The notes below the pieces were generated by a model. The model was not told where the DNA came from. It did not search any database and worked only from the letters and a program-made list of their open reading frames with translations. Position numbers and translations under genes: made by a program. A stretch of DNA of 64,000 bases from Ruminococcus sp. (GTDB lineage: Bacteria > Bacillota > Clostridia > Oscillospirales > Ruminococcaceae): NCBI GenBank assembly GCA_017472145.1, contig JAFUQX010000063.1, forward strand, positions 4,626 to 68,625. The letters run 5' to 3'. This document shows positions 36,461 to 45,108 of this stretch, in pieces. The stretch's first letter is position 1. Each line of letters opens with the position of its first letter.

Positions 36461-38149
36461 TTATACATACAGGGAGACGATCTCCTGACGGTTTACATCC
36501 ACCAGACCCAGGGTAGACATCTTCAGGGACGGGATCACCGGCAGGCTCACGAAAGCCATGTTCATGAATGGCTCGATCTGCTCCGGCACGCCAAGATTAT
36601 ATACTGCATTGCGGACATTTTCATTCAGCTGAGCAGCAACCGCTGCAGAATGCATGCACATGAGTCCGCCTACAGGCAATGCCATTTCAGCGATCACCTC
36701 ACCGTCCTGTACCACCACATTTCCGCCGCCGATCTCTCTTATGCGGTTGGCTGCTTCAGCCATATCCTTCTCATTCGTACCGATGACGATCAGGTTGTGG
36801 GAGTCGTGGGAAACGGAGGATGCGATCGCACCGCTTTTCATGCCAATACCGGAAATAAATCCCAGCCCCATATGTCCGGTATTCCGATGCCGTTCAATGA
36901 CGGCTAGCTTGAGAATATCACGGTCAGTATCGATTCCGTTGTTCTTCTCCCAGTTTATGTCGGCGATCCATTCTTCTGTCAGGAGCTGGCCCGGCACGAT
37001 CCGGATGACACGAGCTTGCTCGCTTTCCGGCTTCAGGACAAAGCTTTCCTTTCTCAGCTCCGGCAAAGCGAATGATCCGAGTACACTTTTCTGAAGTCTT
37101 TTCGGCACATCCGGATATTCAAAGGGAACGGCCGTGCCCTTTTCTGCGGCCTTCTGTCCATGATAGTACACCTGGCTGATCTCAACTGTATCCAGATCCT
37201 CCAGCACCACAAGGTCGGCCAGATATCCCGGAGCAACTGCGCCCACATCCTGAAGTCCGAACCGCTGTGCAGCCTGGATAGTTGCCATCTGAATGGCGGT
37301 GACGGCCGATTTTCCAGCAGAAACTGCTTCCCGGATGATCTGATCAATATGACCGCTGCGGAGCAGATCGGCCGGATGCCGGTCATCTGTCACAAGGAGA
37401 CAGCGGTGCGCAAAGGGCGGCTCAAATAAGGGGAGAAGCGCTTCCAGATTCCGTGCAGCCGTACCTTGTCGGATCATGACCCACTGTCCCTTCCGGATAC
37501 GCTCCATGGCTTCCTCTGCGGAGGAGCACTCGTGATCGTCTCCGATTCCGGCTGCGATATACTGATCCAGCGCCTTGCCTGTCAGCAGAGGCGCATGACC
37601 GTTCACGGGCTTATGAAGCCGGCGTGCCTCTCTGATTTTCCGGAGCACCTTTTCCTCTCCTGCAAGAACACCAGGATAGTTCATCATTTCCGCTAGTCCC
37701 AGCACACGGGGGTGGCTGTAGAAGGGAGCCAGATCGGATGCCTCCAGAACTGCCCCTGTCTCGTCAAAGGGCGTAGAGGGTACACAGGAGGGCAGCATCA
37801 CATATACCGTCATGGGAAGGCCCTCGCTGGCGGCCAGCATATATTCAATGCCAGCCGTTCCGCATACATTGGCAATTTCATGAGGATCAGCGACAATGGC
37901 TGTTGTTCCATGGGCCGTACACACCCGGGCCAGCTCCGCCGGAAGCAGCATGGTGCTTTCGACGTGAATATGTCCGTCAATAAATCCGGGGCAGATATAT
38001 TTTCCGGAGACATCCACGGTACAGTCTGCATCGCTTTCATCATAATCTCCCACGCCAAGGATCCTGTCCTCCTCCAGAAGGACGTTTTTCTCCTCAATTT
38101 CACCTGTGAATACATTGATCACAAGACCATTTTTCAGAAGCTGTTTCAT
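36461..38149 (-). CDS. ade: Adenine deaminase
   Basis: Amidohydrolase metal site PGFIDGHIHVESTML. 562 aa, colinear with Ade. Confidence 0.9.
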   Translation of the reverse strand: MKQLLKNGLVINVFTGEIEEKNVLLEEDRILGVGDYDESDADCTVDVSGKYICPGFIDGHIHVESTMLLPAELARVCTAHGTTAIVADPHEIANVCGTAGIEYMLAASEGLPMTVYVMLPSCVPSTPFDETGAVLEASDLAPFYSHPRVLGLAEMMNYPGVLAGEEKVLRKIREARRLHKPVNGHAPLLTGKALDQYIAAGIGDDHECSSAEEAMERIRKGQWVMIRQGTAARNLEALLPLFEPPFAHRCLLVTDDRHPADLLRSGHIDQIIREAVSAGKSAVTAIQMATIQAAQRFGLQDVGAVAPGYLADLVVLEDLDTVEISQVYYHGQKAAEKGTAVPFEYPDVPKRLQKSVLGSFALPELRKESFVLKPESEQARVIRIVPGQLLTEEWIADINWEKNNGIDTDRDILKLAVIERHRNTGHMGLGFISGIGMKSGAIASSVSHDSHNLIVIGTNEKDMAEAANRIREIGGGNVVVQDGEVIAEMALPVGGLMCMHSAAVAAQLNENVRNAVYNLGVPEQIEPFMNMAFVSLPVIPSLKMSTLGLVDVNRQEIVSLYV

Positions 38150-38220
38150 AATACATTCTCCTTTTTGAAAATCACAGGACCGGAGTCTGTCCTTATCCCT
38201 GCGGCTCCGGTCTGTGCGTT

Positions 38221-39342
38221 TTATGCTTCAAAGGCTTCAGCAACCCTTTTCAGAAATCCCACAATATCAATATGCTGAGGGCACTGCTCCATACACTGGC
38301 CGCATTCGATGCAGTCGGAAGCCTTGCCGTATTTCTCAGTCAGGTTTTCATAATATACACCCTGCACCGTAAAGGGCTTTTCGATCTCCTGCTGCTCTGC
38401 ATTAAAGAGGGCGAAATAGTCGGAGATCGGGATGTTCATGGGACATCCGTCTACGCAGTACCGGCAGGCCGTGCAGGGGATGGAGATCGTGGAATTGATG
38501 ATATCCGCCACCTTCAGGCACATATTCATTTCATCCTTTGTGAGGGGCTGGAATGCCTCCATATATCCGGTATTATCCAGCAGCTGCTCCATATTGCTCA
38601 TGCCGCTGAGCACCATGATAACGCCCTCCAGAGAAGCCGCATAGCGGACGGCCCATGAGGGAATGGACATTCCTGGTGCATAGTCCTTCAGGAGCTTCTC
38701 AGCTCTTTTGGGAACGCTGGCCAGTGTGCCGCCCTTGACCGGCTCCATAACAATAATGTCCTTGCCGTGCTTTCGGGCCGTCTCATAGCATTTCCGGGAC
38801 TGAACGCTTTCATTTTCCCAGTCCAGATAGTTGATCTGAAGCTGAACGAATTCCACCTCCGGATGCTCGGTCAGGATTCTGTCCAGCAAAACAGCGTCAT
38901 CATGGTAGGAAAAACCGACCCTGCGTACCAGGCCGTCCTTCTTTTTCTGAACAGCAAATTCAAATGCCCCCAGCTTCTCTGCGATCTCATAATGGCTGAC
39001 ATTCAGGTTGTGAAGCAGATAATAGTCAAAATATCCGGCCCCTGTCTTTTCAAGCTGCTCGCTGAAGATCCGCTCCATGTCGGCCTTTTCCTTGAGGAAC
39101 ATAGTGGGCAGCTTGGATGCGATCTGATAGATCTCCCGGGGATGCCGGTCTACCAGAACCTCCTTCAGAATATTTTCGCTTCTGAAGCTGTGGTACATAT
39201 AGGCCGTATCAAAATAGGTAAAGCCTCTTTCCAGAAAGGTATCCACCATCTGACAGACCTGGTCCTTGTCCACCTTTGTCTGATCTTCGGCGTCCAGCAA
39301 GGGCAGACGCATAAATCCGAATCCCAATTTTTTCATATTCAT
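38221..39342 (-). CDS. Aldo/keto reductase with C-terminal 4Fe-4S ferredoxin-type domain
   Basis: AKR N-terminus (LGFGFMRLP...FDTAYMYH) plus two Cys clusters ([24 protein letters not shown]). Confidence 0.85.
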   Translation of the reverse strand: MNMKKLGFGFMRLPLLDAEDQTKVDKDQVCQMVDTFLERGFTYFDTAYMYHSFRSENILKEVLVDRHPREIYQIASKLPTMFLKEKADMERIFSEQLEKTGAGYFDYYLLHNLNVSHYEIAEKLGAFEFAVQKKKDGLVRRVGFSYHDDAVLLDRILTEHPEVEFVQLQINYLDWENESVQSRKCYETARKHGKDIIVMEPVKGGTLASVPKRAEKLLKDYAPGMSIPSWAVRYAASLEGVIMVLSGMSNMEQLLDNTGYMEAFQPLTKDEMNMCLKVADIINSTISIPCTACRYCVDGCPMNIPISDYFALFNAEQQEIEKPFTVQGVYYENLTEKYGKASDCIECGQCMEQCPQHIDIVGFLKRVAEAFEA

Positions 39343-39791
39343 AGTCCATGCACTCCTTTTCTTAGCTCTGCTTGTTTTTCACAGAGAGCCTTATAGGCTC
39401 CCTGCAAATCTGTATTTTCGATGGAAGCCACCGCCTGCTCCATAGGGCAGAGACCATCGCCCCTGCGGTTTATAATCCCTTCCGTACGGATATCATAGGT
39501 ATACTGGATCCTGTGCATACGCAGGATCTCCTCTGCACTCCGGCTCAGAGTCTGTGCATGGAGCGCCTTTACGCCGGCCAGTGCAAAGAGCATGGCTGCG
39601 GCTTTCCCCACAATTTTATCCGCCGCTGAGAAGCCGCTCAGATCGATTCCCTCAGCGATATAGTCCAGCATCGGAGAAATTCCTGCTTTCGTGCTTTTGA
39701 AAGTCTGCCCGTCTCTGCACAGCACACAGGTAAAAGAGCCGTTTTCCAATAATTCCTTTGCCTTCTGTAAATCAGTCATGAAATCAGTCAT
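39339..39791 (-). CDS. DUF1893 (TM1506-like) protein
   Basis: 150 aa. The pattern FTCVL...GISPMLDY...[12 protein letters not shown]...[12 protein letters not shown] matches DUF1893 as I recall it. An alternative start lies 12 nt downstream. Confidence 0.7.
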   Translation of the reverse strand: MTDFMTDLQKAKELLENGSFTCVLCRDGQTFKSTKAGISPMLDYIAEGIDLSGFSAADKIVGKAAAMLFALAGVKALHAQTLSRSAEEILRMHRIQYTYDIRTEGIINRRGDGLCPMEQAVASIENTDLQGAYKALCEKQAELRKGVHGL

Positions 39792-40341
39792 GTTTTTTCA
39801 CAAGCTCCTTCAGCTGCTTTGTAAGGGGCGGGATCAGTGCCCACTGGAGCAGGATGCCGAAAAGCCCCTCCAGCACAAATGAATAGGCTGAAGCGATCGT
39901 CAGCTGTTCATTTCCAAGAATAAGGACAGCGGCCAGAACGGCTGCGGCCCGAACGGCTCTTCCGATGAGCTGTGTGAGGAGCAGTGCGGCCAGGCTGTTT
40001 ATATTTCTCCTGGAAAGCAGTCCGGAAACCAGTCCATACACGCCCAGCTCTAGAACCATAAAGGGCAGAATGAGGGCAGACGGCATACCGGAGACCGCAG
40101 AGCTTACCAGCGGGCTGAGCACACCGGCCGCTGCACCGACCAGCGGGCCGCCCAGGAATCCAGCCAGAAGCACCGGAATATGCATCGGCAGCAGGGCACT
40201 TCCCATGGCCGGGCCTGTACCGGAGATCGTGCCGATCCCGTGGAAAATCTGAGGCAGGATCACAGCGCCTGCAACTGCAATGAGCGTGATCAGTGCCTTT
40301 GAGAGAATGTTTTTTCTGTTGATGGCTATTGTATTTTGCAT
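39784..40341 (-). CDS. ECF transporter S component (substrate unknown)
   Basis: 185 aa, about 6 TM helices, Gly/Ala-rich, with LPMHIPVLLAGFLGGP. No ECF A/T genes are adjacent. Confidence 0.65.
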   Translation of the reverse strand: MQNTIAINRKNILSKALITLIAVAGAVILPQIFHGIGTISGTGPAMGSALLPMHIPVLLAGFLGGPLVGAAAGVLSPLVSSAVSGMPSALILPFMVLELGVYGLVSGLLSRRNINSLAALLLTQLIGRAVRAAAVLAAVLILGNEQLTIASAYSFVLEGLFGILLQWALIPPLTKQLKELVKKHD

Positions 40342-40389
40342 AAATCAAACCTCCTGTAATCCCTTTTTATTCAGAGACATGTTGCTTAT

Positions 40390-40418
40390 ATTGTACAAAA
40401 TTCTGACAGGAAAGTCAA
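40390..40418 (-). promoter_or_regulatory. Promoter of the ECF-S/DUF1893/AKR operon
   Basis: Minus strand TTGACT, 17 nt spacer, TACAAT, with a TG extended -10. Confidence 0.5.
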
Positions 40419-40472
40419 TGCATTTGTGGAAATTTCTCATAGACGTTCTGTAGATTTTTCCAAAAACAGCTC

Positions 40473-40501
40473 TTGACAAGGGCGGGAATGTGTGGTAAAA
40501 T
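40473..40501 (+). promoter_or_regulatory. Promoter of the tyrS T-box leader
   Basis: TTGACA, 17 nt spacer, TAAAAT, with a TGg extended -10. Confidence 0.6.
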
Positions 40502-40502
40502 A

Positions 40503-40760
40503 GGGGAAATGGCTGTGATGAGAAGAAGTAGCAGTTCCACGTCGGTACAGAGAGGCTCCGGTTGGTGCAAGGGGCAGCGGCGCACTGTGAATACATCTCG
40601 GAGCTGGCTGCCTGAACCGATTCAGTAGGGGAGCACGGGTGCGCCCGTTAAAGCGTCTTTCGAGGTCAGACGGGGAGCTTCTGCGTCTGATAAACTGAGG
40701 TGGTACCACGGTGAAACAACATCGTCCTCTGGCCGTATTATTACGCCGGAGGATTTTTTA
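40503..40760 (+). promoter_or_regulatory. T-box riboswitch leader (Tyr specifier UAC)
   Basis: AGAGA box (40549-40553). Candidate specifier TAC at 40592-40594. T-box sequence AAACTGAGGTGGTACCACGG (40692-40711). Terminator stem TCCTCTGGCCGTA / TACGCCGGAGGA plus TTTTTT (40725-40759). Confidence 0.85.
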
Positions 40761-40789
40761 TTTTCCGGTATACAGAAATGAAAGGATGA

Positions 40790-42016
40790 ATGGACATGAC
40801 ATTTTTTGAGGAACTGAAGAGAAGAGGTCTGGTAGCACAGACCACACACGAGGAACAGATCCGTGATCTGATCGACAACAAGAAGATCGCTTTTTATATC
40901 GGCTTTGATGCTACAGCAGACAGCCTGCACGTAGGACACTTTATCCAGCTGATCCTTATGAAGCACATGCAGATGCACGGCCACAAGCCCATTGCGCTGC
41001 TGGGCACAGCGACTGCTATGATCGGAGATCCGACAGGCAAGACGGACATGCGCAAGATGATGACTGTGGAGGAGATCGACTACAATGCAGAGTGTTTCCG
41101 CAAGCAGATGGAGCGTTTTATTGATTTCTCCGATGATAAGGCTCAGATCGTAAAGAACGGCGACTGGCTGCGGGATATGAACTATATCACCTTTATGCGG
41201 GAGATCGGACGGTATTTCTCTGTAAACCAGATGCTGACTGCGGAATGCTTCAAGTCCCGTCTGGAGGGAAAGGGCCTGTCCTTCCTGGAATTCAACTACA
41301 TGCTGCTCCAGAGCTACGACTTCCTGCATCTGTACCAGAACTATGATTGCGTAATGGAGCTTGGCGGCAACGATCAGTGGAGCAATATGCTGGGCGGTGT
41401 AGACCTGGTTCGCCGTGTAGAGGGCAAGGAGGTTTATGCAATGACATCCTCTCTGCTCCTGACCAAGGACGGCCGGAAGATGGGCAAGACCGAGAAGGGC
41501 GCACTGTGGCTGGACAAGGAAAAGTGCCTGGTATACGATTTCTATCAGTACTGGAGAAATGTTGCAGATGACGATGTAATGAACTGCCTGAAGCTCCTGA
41601 CCTTTATTCCGATCGAGGAGATCGAGGAGATGGAGCGCACCATGGAGGGTCAGCAGCTCAACGAGGCCAAGGAGATTCTGGCTTACCACCTGACGGAGAT
41701 GGTACACGGCAAGGAGGAAGCCGACAAGGCACAGGCTGCGGCCAAGGCTGTATTCGGCGGCGCTGGTTCCAATGAGAATATGCCCACAACTACCATTGCG
41801 GCAGACGAGCTGGAGAATGGCGGTATGGGTATTCTCAGTCTGATGGTTCGGGCTGGACTGTCCGCCTCCAACGGCGAAGCAAGACGTCTTGTGCAGCAGG
41901 GCGGCGTATCGGTAAATGATGTAAAGGTAACGGATCCCAAGACCGTGATCACGCTGGAGGGTGAGACCATCATCAAGAAGGGCAAGAAGGTATTCCACAA
42001 GGTAATTGTAGGCTAA
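40790..42016 (+). CDS. tyrS: Tyrosine--tRNA ligase
   Basis: HIGH motif (SLHVGHF), KMSKS-like KMGKT, C-terminal S4 domain. Confidence 0.95.
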   Translation: MDMTFFEELKRRGLVAQTTHEEQIRDLIDNKKIAFYIGFDATADSLHVGHFIQLILMKHMQMHGHKPIALLGTATAMIGDPTGKTDMRKMMTVEEIDYNAECFRKQMERFIDFSDDKAQIVKNGDWLRDMNYITFMREIGRYFSVNQMLTAECFKSRLEGKGLSFLEFNYMLLQSYDFLHLYQNYDCVMELGGNDQWSNMLGGVDLVRRVEGKEVYAMTSSLLLTKDGRKMGKTEKGALWLDKEKCLVYDFYQYWRNVADDDVMNCLKLLTFIPIEEIEEMERTMEGQQLNEAKEILAYHLTEMVHGKEEADKAQAAAKAVFGGAGSNENMPTTTIAADELENGGMGILSLMVRAGLSASNGEARRLVQQGGVSVNDVKVTDPKTVITLEGETIIKKGKKVFHKVIVG

Positions 42017-42040
42017 GAAAAGACTTCTGTTTGTTAAGAA

Positions 42041-42080
42041 AAAGGCTTGACTCCTTTGATACGGGGTCAAGCCTTTTCTC
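42041..42080. terminator. Bidirectional terminator (tyrS / barstar)
   Basis: Stem AAAGGCTTGAC / GTCAAGCCTTT followed by a T-run. Confidence 0.65.
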
Positions 42081-42105
42081 ATTCTATTCTATGTAATGCT
42101 TTGTA

Positions 42106-42390
42106 TTAATAGTCGTAATCGATCTCCAGGTGACGGTTCTCCAGCGCTGCATGAACCAGTACACGGCTGAGAACATCCGCCGCCGGGCCGAGATTTTCCT
42201 GAAGCTGAGCCGGGTTTATCACCCGGATGAGCAGCGGCTTGCTCACCTCAGCGGAGAGCATATCAAAGAGCGCATCAAAATTATTTCCGTACCAGCAGGG
42301 GAATTCCAGTGCTTCTGCCAGCCATTTGTGCAGCTGAGTCTCTGTTTTTATTTTATCCCCATCAATCGTCAGCGTCCTCCTGTCTGTCAT
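42106..42390 (-). CDS. Barstar-family ribonuclease inhibitor
   Basis: FPCWYGNNFDALFDMLS matches the barstar core (FPDYYGENLDALWDCLT). 94 aa, starting 6 nt after the RNase gene's stop. Confidence 0.85.
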   Translation of the reverse strand: MTDRRTLTIDGDKIKTETQLHKWLAEALEFPCWYGNNFDALFDMLSAEVSKPLLIRVINPAQLQENLGPAADVLSRVLVHAALENRHLEIDYDY

Positions 42391-42396
42391 GATGAT

Positions 42397-43074
42397 TTAC
42401 TCCTCTCCATAGAGCAGCTCGAAGGTCTCATAGTGATCCTCGGTGTAGTAGATCAGACCGTCATTGGAAAAGACAATGCGCTTTGCACCGCGGCTGCTTG
42501 CACCCAATGTGTCGATGTCGCATTCTGTATAAGTCCGTCCGTCCTCCTCCGGGAGCAGGCCCTCGTAATTACCGAACCGGTTTCCGCCGATGCACATCCC
42601 CGGAGCATATGGCTCAAGAGAGCCGCCCTCCCATCCCAGAGCCTGTGCTTCCTTCTTGGTCATAAAATTGTCAGGCAGGCGTTCATAAATATGGATATAC
42701 AGCGACACATCCTCCTTGGAGGTATACACCCCATCCTCGGCAATGGTGACTTCTGTGTCAAAGGTTTCTTCTGCTTCGGAATATTCCGGATCCTCTGATT
42801 CCACAGATACAGCTTCCGCTCCGGCTTCCTCCCAGAGGGATTCCTCCTCTTCCTGAAGGGCCTGCTCTTCTTCCGCAGCAAGAGATGTTTCCTCAGCCGG
42901 GGACTGTTCTTCCTCCATGAGACTTGCTTCGGACTCAGAGAATTCCTCCTCCTCCATAAGGACAGAAGCTTCGGACAAAAGCGCCGCCGTATTGTCGATG
43001 ATCTCCTGCTCCGTGCAGCCAGTACAGAACAGAGCGGATAAGAGGATCAGCATGCTTACCGTTCGTTTTTTCAT
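42397..43074 (-). CDS. Barnase-type secreted ribonuclease, lipoprotein with acidic linker
   Basis: Lipobox LLSALFCTGC and a Glu/Ser-rich linker of about 100 aa. The C-terminal domain is colinear with barnase (TKKEAQALGW...GGNRFGNYEGLLP...GRTYTECDID...RGAKRIVFS...IYYTEDHYETF). Confidence 0.9.
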   Translation of the reverse strand: MKKRTVSMLILLSALFCTGCTEQEIIDNTAALLSEASVLMEEEEFSESEASLMEEEQSPAEETSLAAEEEQALQEEEESLWEEAGAEAVSVESEDPEYSEAEETFDTEVTIAEDGVYTSKEDVSLYIHIYERLPDNFMTKKEAQALGWEGGSLEPYAPGMCIGGNRFGNYEGLLPEEDGRTYTECDIDTLGASSRGAKRIVFSNDGLIYYTEDHYETFELLYGEE

Positions 43075-43095
43075 GATTCATTCCTCCATGTCCAT

Positions 43096-43326
43096 TTAGT
43101 TTTTGGGCATCATGTCCTTCATCGCTTCCATCAGCTCAAGGTCATCCGCCGTTACTTTCATATTGGTGCAGATGGAGCGGCCATCCGCAGTCTGCACATT
43201 GATTTCGATGATGCTGCCTTCTCCTACACAGCCGGCAGCCGCAGCGAAAAACAGCGGTACCTTGGGGTGATTTTCCTTGAATTTCTCCATAAGGTTTTTT
43301 ATCCGCATCATAGCAATCGGGTTCAT
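43096..43326 (-). CDS. Hypothetical 76-aa protein, first gene of the RNase operon
   Basis: ORF preceded by a GAGG RBS. It ends 22 nt before the barnase gene start. No family recognised. Confidence 0.5.
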   Translation of the reverse strand: MNPIAMMRIKNLMEKFKENHPKVPLFFAAAAGCVGEGSIIEINVQTADGRSICTNMKVTADDLELMEAMKDMMPKN

Positions 43327-43408
43327 TGGAATACCTCATTTCATATCAGAATCTTTATATAATCATTATACCATCTTTTTCAGCCGAATGCAAGCCAAAT
43401 TTCAGTCC

Positions 43409-43437
43409 TTGACAAAGAAAGGGCCTTGTGTTATAAT
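43409..43437 (+). promoter_or_regulatory. Promoter upstream of the trpB2-like gene
   Basis: TTGACA, 17 nt spacer, TATAAT, with a TGt extended -10. Confidence 0.6.
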
Positions 43438-43468
43438 TATATAGAAAGAATTTCGCAGGAGCAAGGGT

Positions 43469-43516
43469 GCTTTTGTCCGTCAGTGTATTGAATTGCGCCG
43501 GACAGGGGCTTTTTTT
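43469..43516 (+). terminator. Intrinsic terminator inside the 5' leader of the trpB2-like gene
   Basis: 11-bp stem GCTTTTGTCCG / CGGACAGGGGC (3 G-U pairs), a 19-nt loop, then TTTTTTT. It ends 36 nt before the start codon. Confidence 0.55.
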
Positions 43517-43552
43517 GTTATCTGTGTGATCTGTATGAGAGGAGAATTGATC

Positions 43553-44926
43553 ATGGAAAATAACAGAGAGATTCCGTACAAGATTTATCTGGAGGAGCAT
43601 GAAATGCCCCGGCAGTGGTACAATGTCCGTGCGGATATGAAGAAGAAGCCTGCGCCGCTTCTCAATCCTCAGACAATGCAGCCCATTACAGCGGAGGAGC
43701 TGGAGGGCGTTTTCTGCAAGGAGCTGGTCAAGCAGGAGCTGGATGAGAACACAGCCTATATCGATATTCCCGAGGAGATTCTGAGCTTCTACAAGATGTA
43801 TCGTCCGTCGCCGCTGGTGCGGGCCTATTGCCTGGAGAAGAAGCTGGGCACGCCGGCGAAGATCTATTACAAGTTTGAGGGCAACAACACCAGCGGCAGT
43901 CACAAGCTGAATTCGGCCATCGCCCAGGCCTACTATGCAAAGCAGCAGGGTCTGAAGGGTGTTACCACAGAGACGGGTGCTGGTCAGTGGGGTACAGCGC
44001 TCTCCATGGCCTGTGCCTATCTGGATCTGGATTGTCAGGTGTATATGGTAAAGGTATCCTATGAGCAGAAGCCCTTCCGCCGTGAGGTCATGCGCACCTA
44101 TGGTGCATCGGTTACGCCGTCTCCCTCTGAAAAGACGGAGGTCGGCCGCAGGATCCGTGAGGAATTTCCTGGTACAAACGGAAGTCTTGGCTGTGCGATC
44201 TCCGAAGCGGTGGAAGCCGCTACCACACAGGAGGATTACCGCTATGTTCTGGGTTCTGTATTGTCTCAGGTGCTGCTGCATCAGTCTGTGATCGGTCTGG
44301 AAGCAAAGGCCGCCATGGATAAGTACGGCATCAAGCCGGATGTCATCATCGGCTGTGCCGGCGGCGGCTCCAATCTGGGCGGCCTGATCTCTCCCTTTAT
44401 GGGTGAAAAGCTCCGTGGTGAAGCGGACTATCGCTTCATTGCGGTTGAGCCTGCATCCTGTCCCAGCCTGACCCGTGGTGTCTATGCATATGATTACTGT
44501 GACACAGGAAAGGTTTGTCCGCTTCAGAAGATGTACACACTGGGCAGCGGCTTTATGCCCTCAGCCAGTCATGCAGGCGGTCTGCGCTATCACGGCATGA
44601 GCTCTACTTTGTCCGAGCTGTATGATCAGGGTCTTATGGAGGCTGTATCTGTAGAGCAGACCTCTGTATTTTCGGCCGCACAGGAATTTGCCCGTGTAGA
44701 GGGTATTCTGCCGGCTCCGGAGAGCAGCCACGCCATCAAGGTGGCTATCGATGAGGCCATCCGCTGCAAGGAAACGGGCGAGGAAAAGACCATTCTCTTT
44801 GGTCTGACAGGTACCGGCTACTTTGATATGTATGCATACCAGCGCTTCAATGACGGCGAAATGGGTGATTATATTCCTACAGATGAGGAGATTGCAGCCG
44901 CAGTGGCGAAGCTTCCGAAAATCTGA
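43553..44926 (+). CDS. TrpB-like PLP-dependent enzyme (tryptophan synthase beta type 2-like)
   Basis: 457 aa. EGNNTSGSHKLNSA (PLP lysine) and GCAGGGSNLGG, typical of the TrpB2 family. Start trimmed to MENNREIPYK. Confidence 0.85.
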   Translation: MENNREIPYKIYLEEHEMPRQWYNVRADMKKKPAPLLNPQTMQPITAEELEGVFCKELVKQELDENTAYIDIPEEILSFYKMYRPSPLVRAYCLEKKLGTPAKIYYKFEGNNTSGSHKLNSAIAQAYYAKQQGLKGVTTETGAGQWGTALSMACAYLDLDCQVYMVKVSYEQKPFRREVMRTYGASVTPSPSEKTEVGRRIREEFPGTNGSLGCAISEAVEAATTQEDYRYVLGSVLSQVLLHQSVIGLEAKAAMDKYGIKPDVIIGCAGGGSNLGGLISPFMGEKLRGEADYRFIAVEPASCPSLTRGVYAYDYCDTGKVCPLQKMYTLGSGFMPSASHAGGLRYHGMSSTLSELYDQGLMEAVSVEQTSVFSAAQEFARVEGILPAPESSHAIKVAIDEAIRCKETGEEKTILFGLTGTGYFDMYAYQRFNDGEMGDYIPTDEEIAAAVAKLPKI

Positions 44927-45032
44927 GCAGGAATCAATTGATACAGGACTGCTGCCGGAACAGAGAAAGCTCTGTGCTGGCAGCACTTTTGTTTTATGCC
45001 AGGGCAATTTTATCCTTTTTTGCGGAATCCGG

Positions 45033-45061
45033 TTGCAATTCAGGACGGCCTGTGGTATAAT
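45033..45061 (+). promoter_or_regulatory. Promoter of the amidase gene
   Basis: TTGCAA, 17 nt spacer, TATAAT, with a TGg extended -10. Confidence 0.5.
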
Positions 45062-45108
45062 GATATGAGTAAATTCTGATGAAAGACCAAATGAGGACGT
45101 GAATATAA

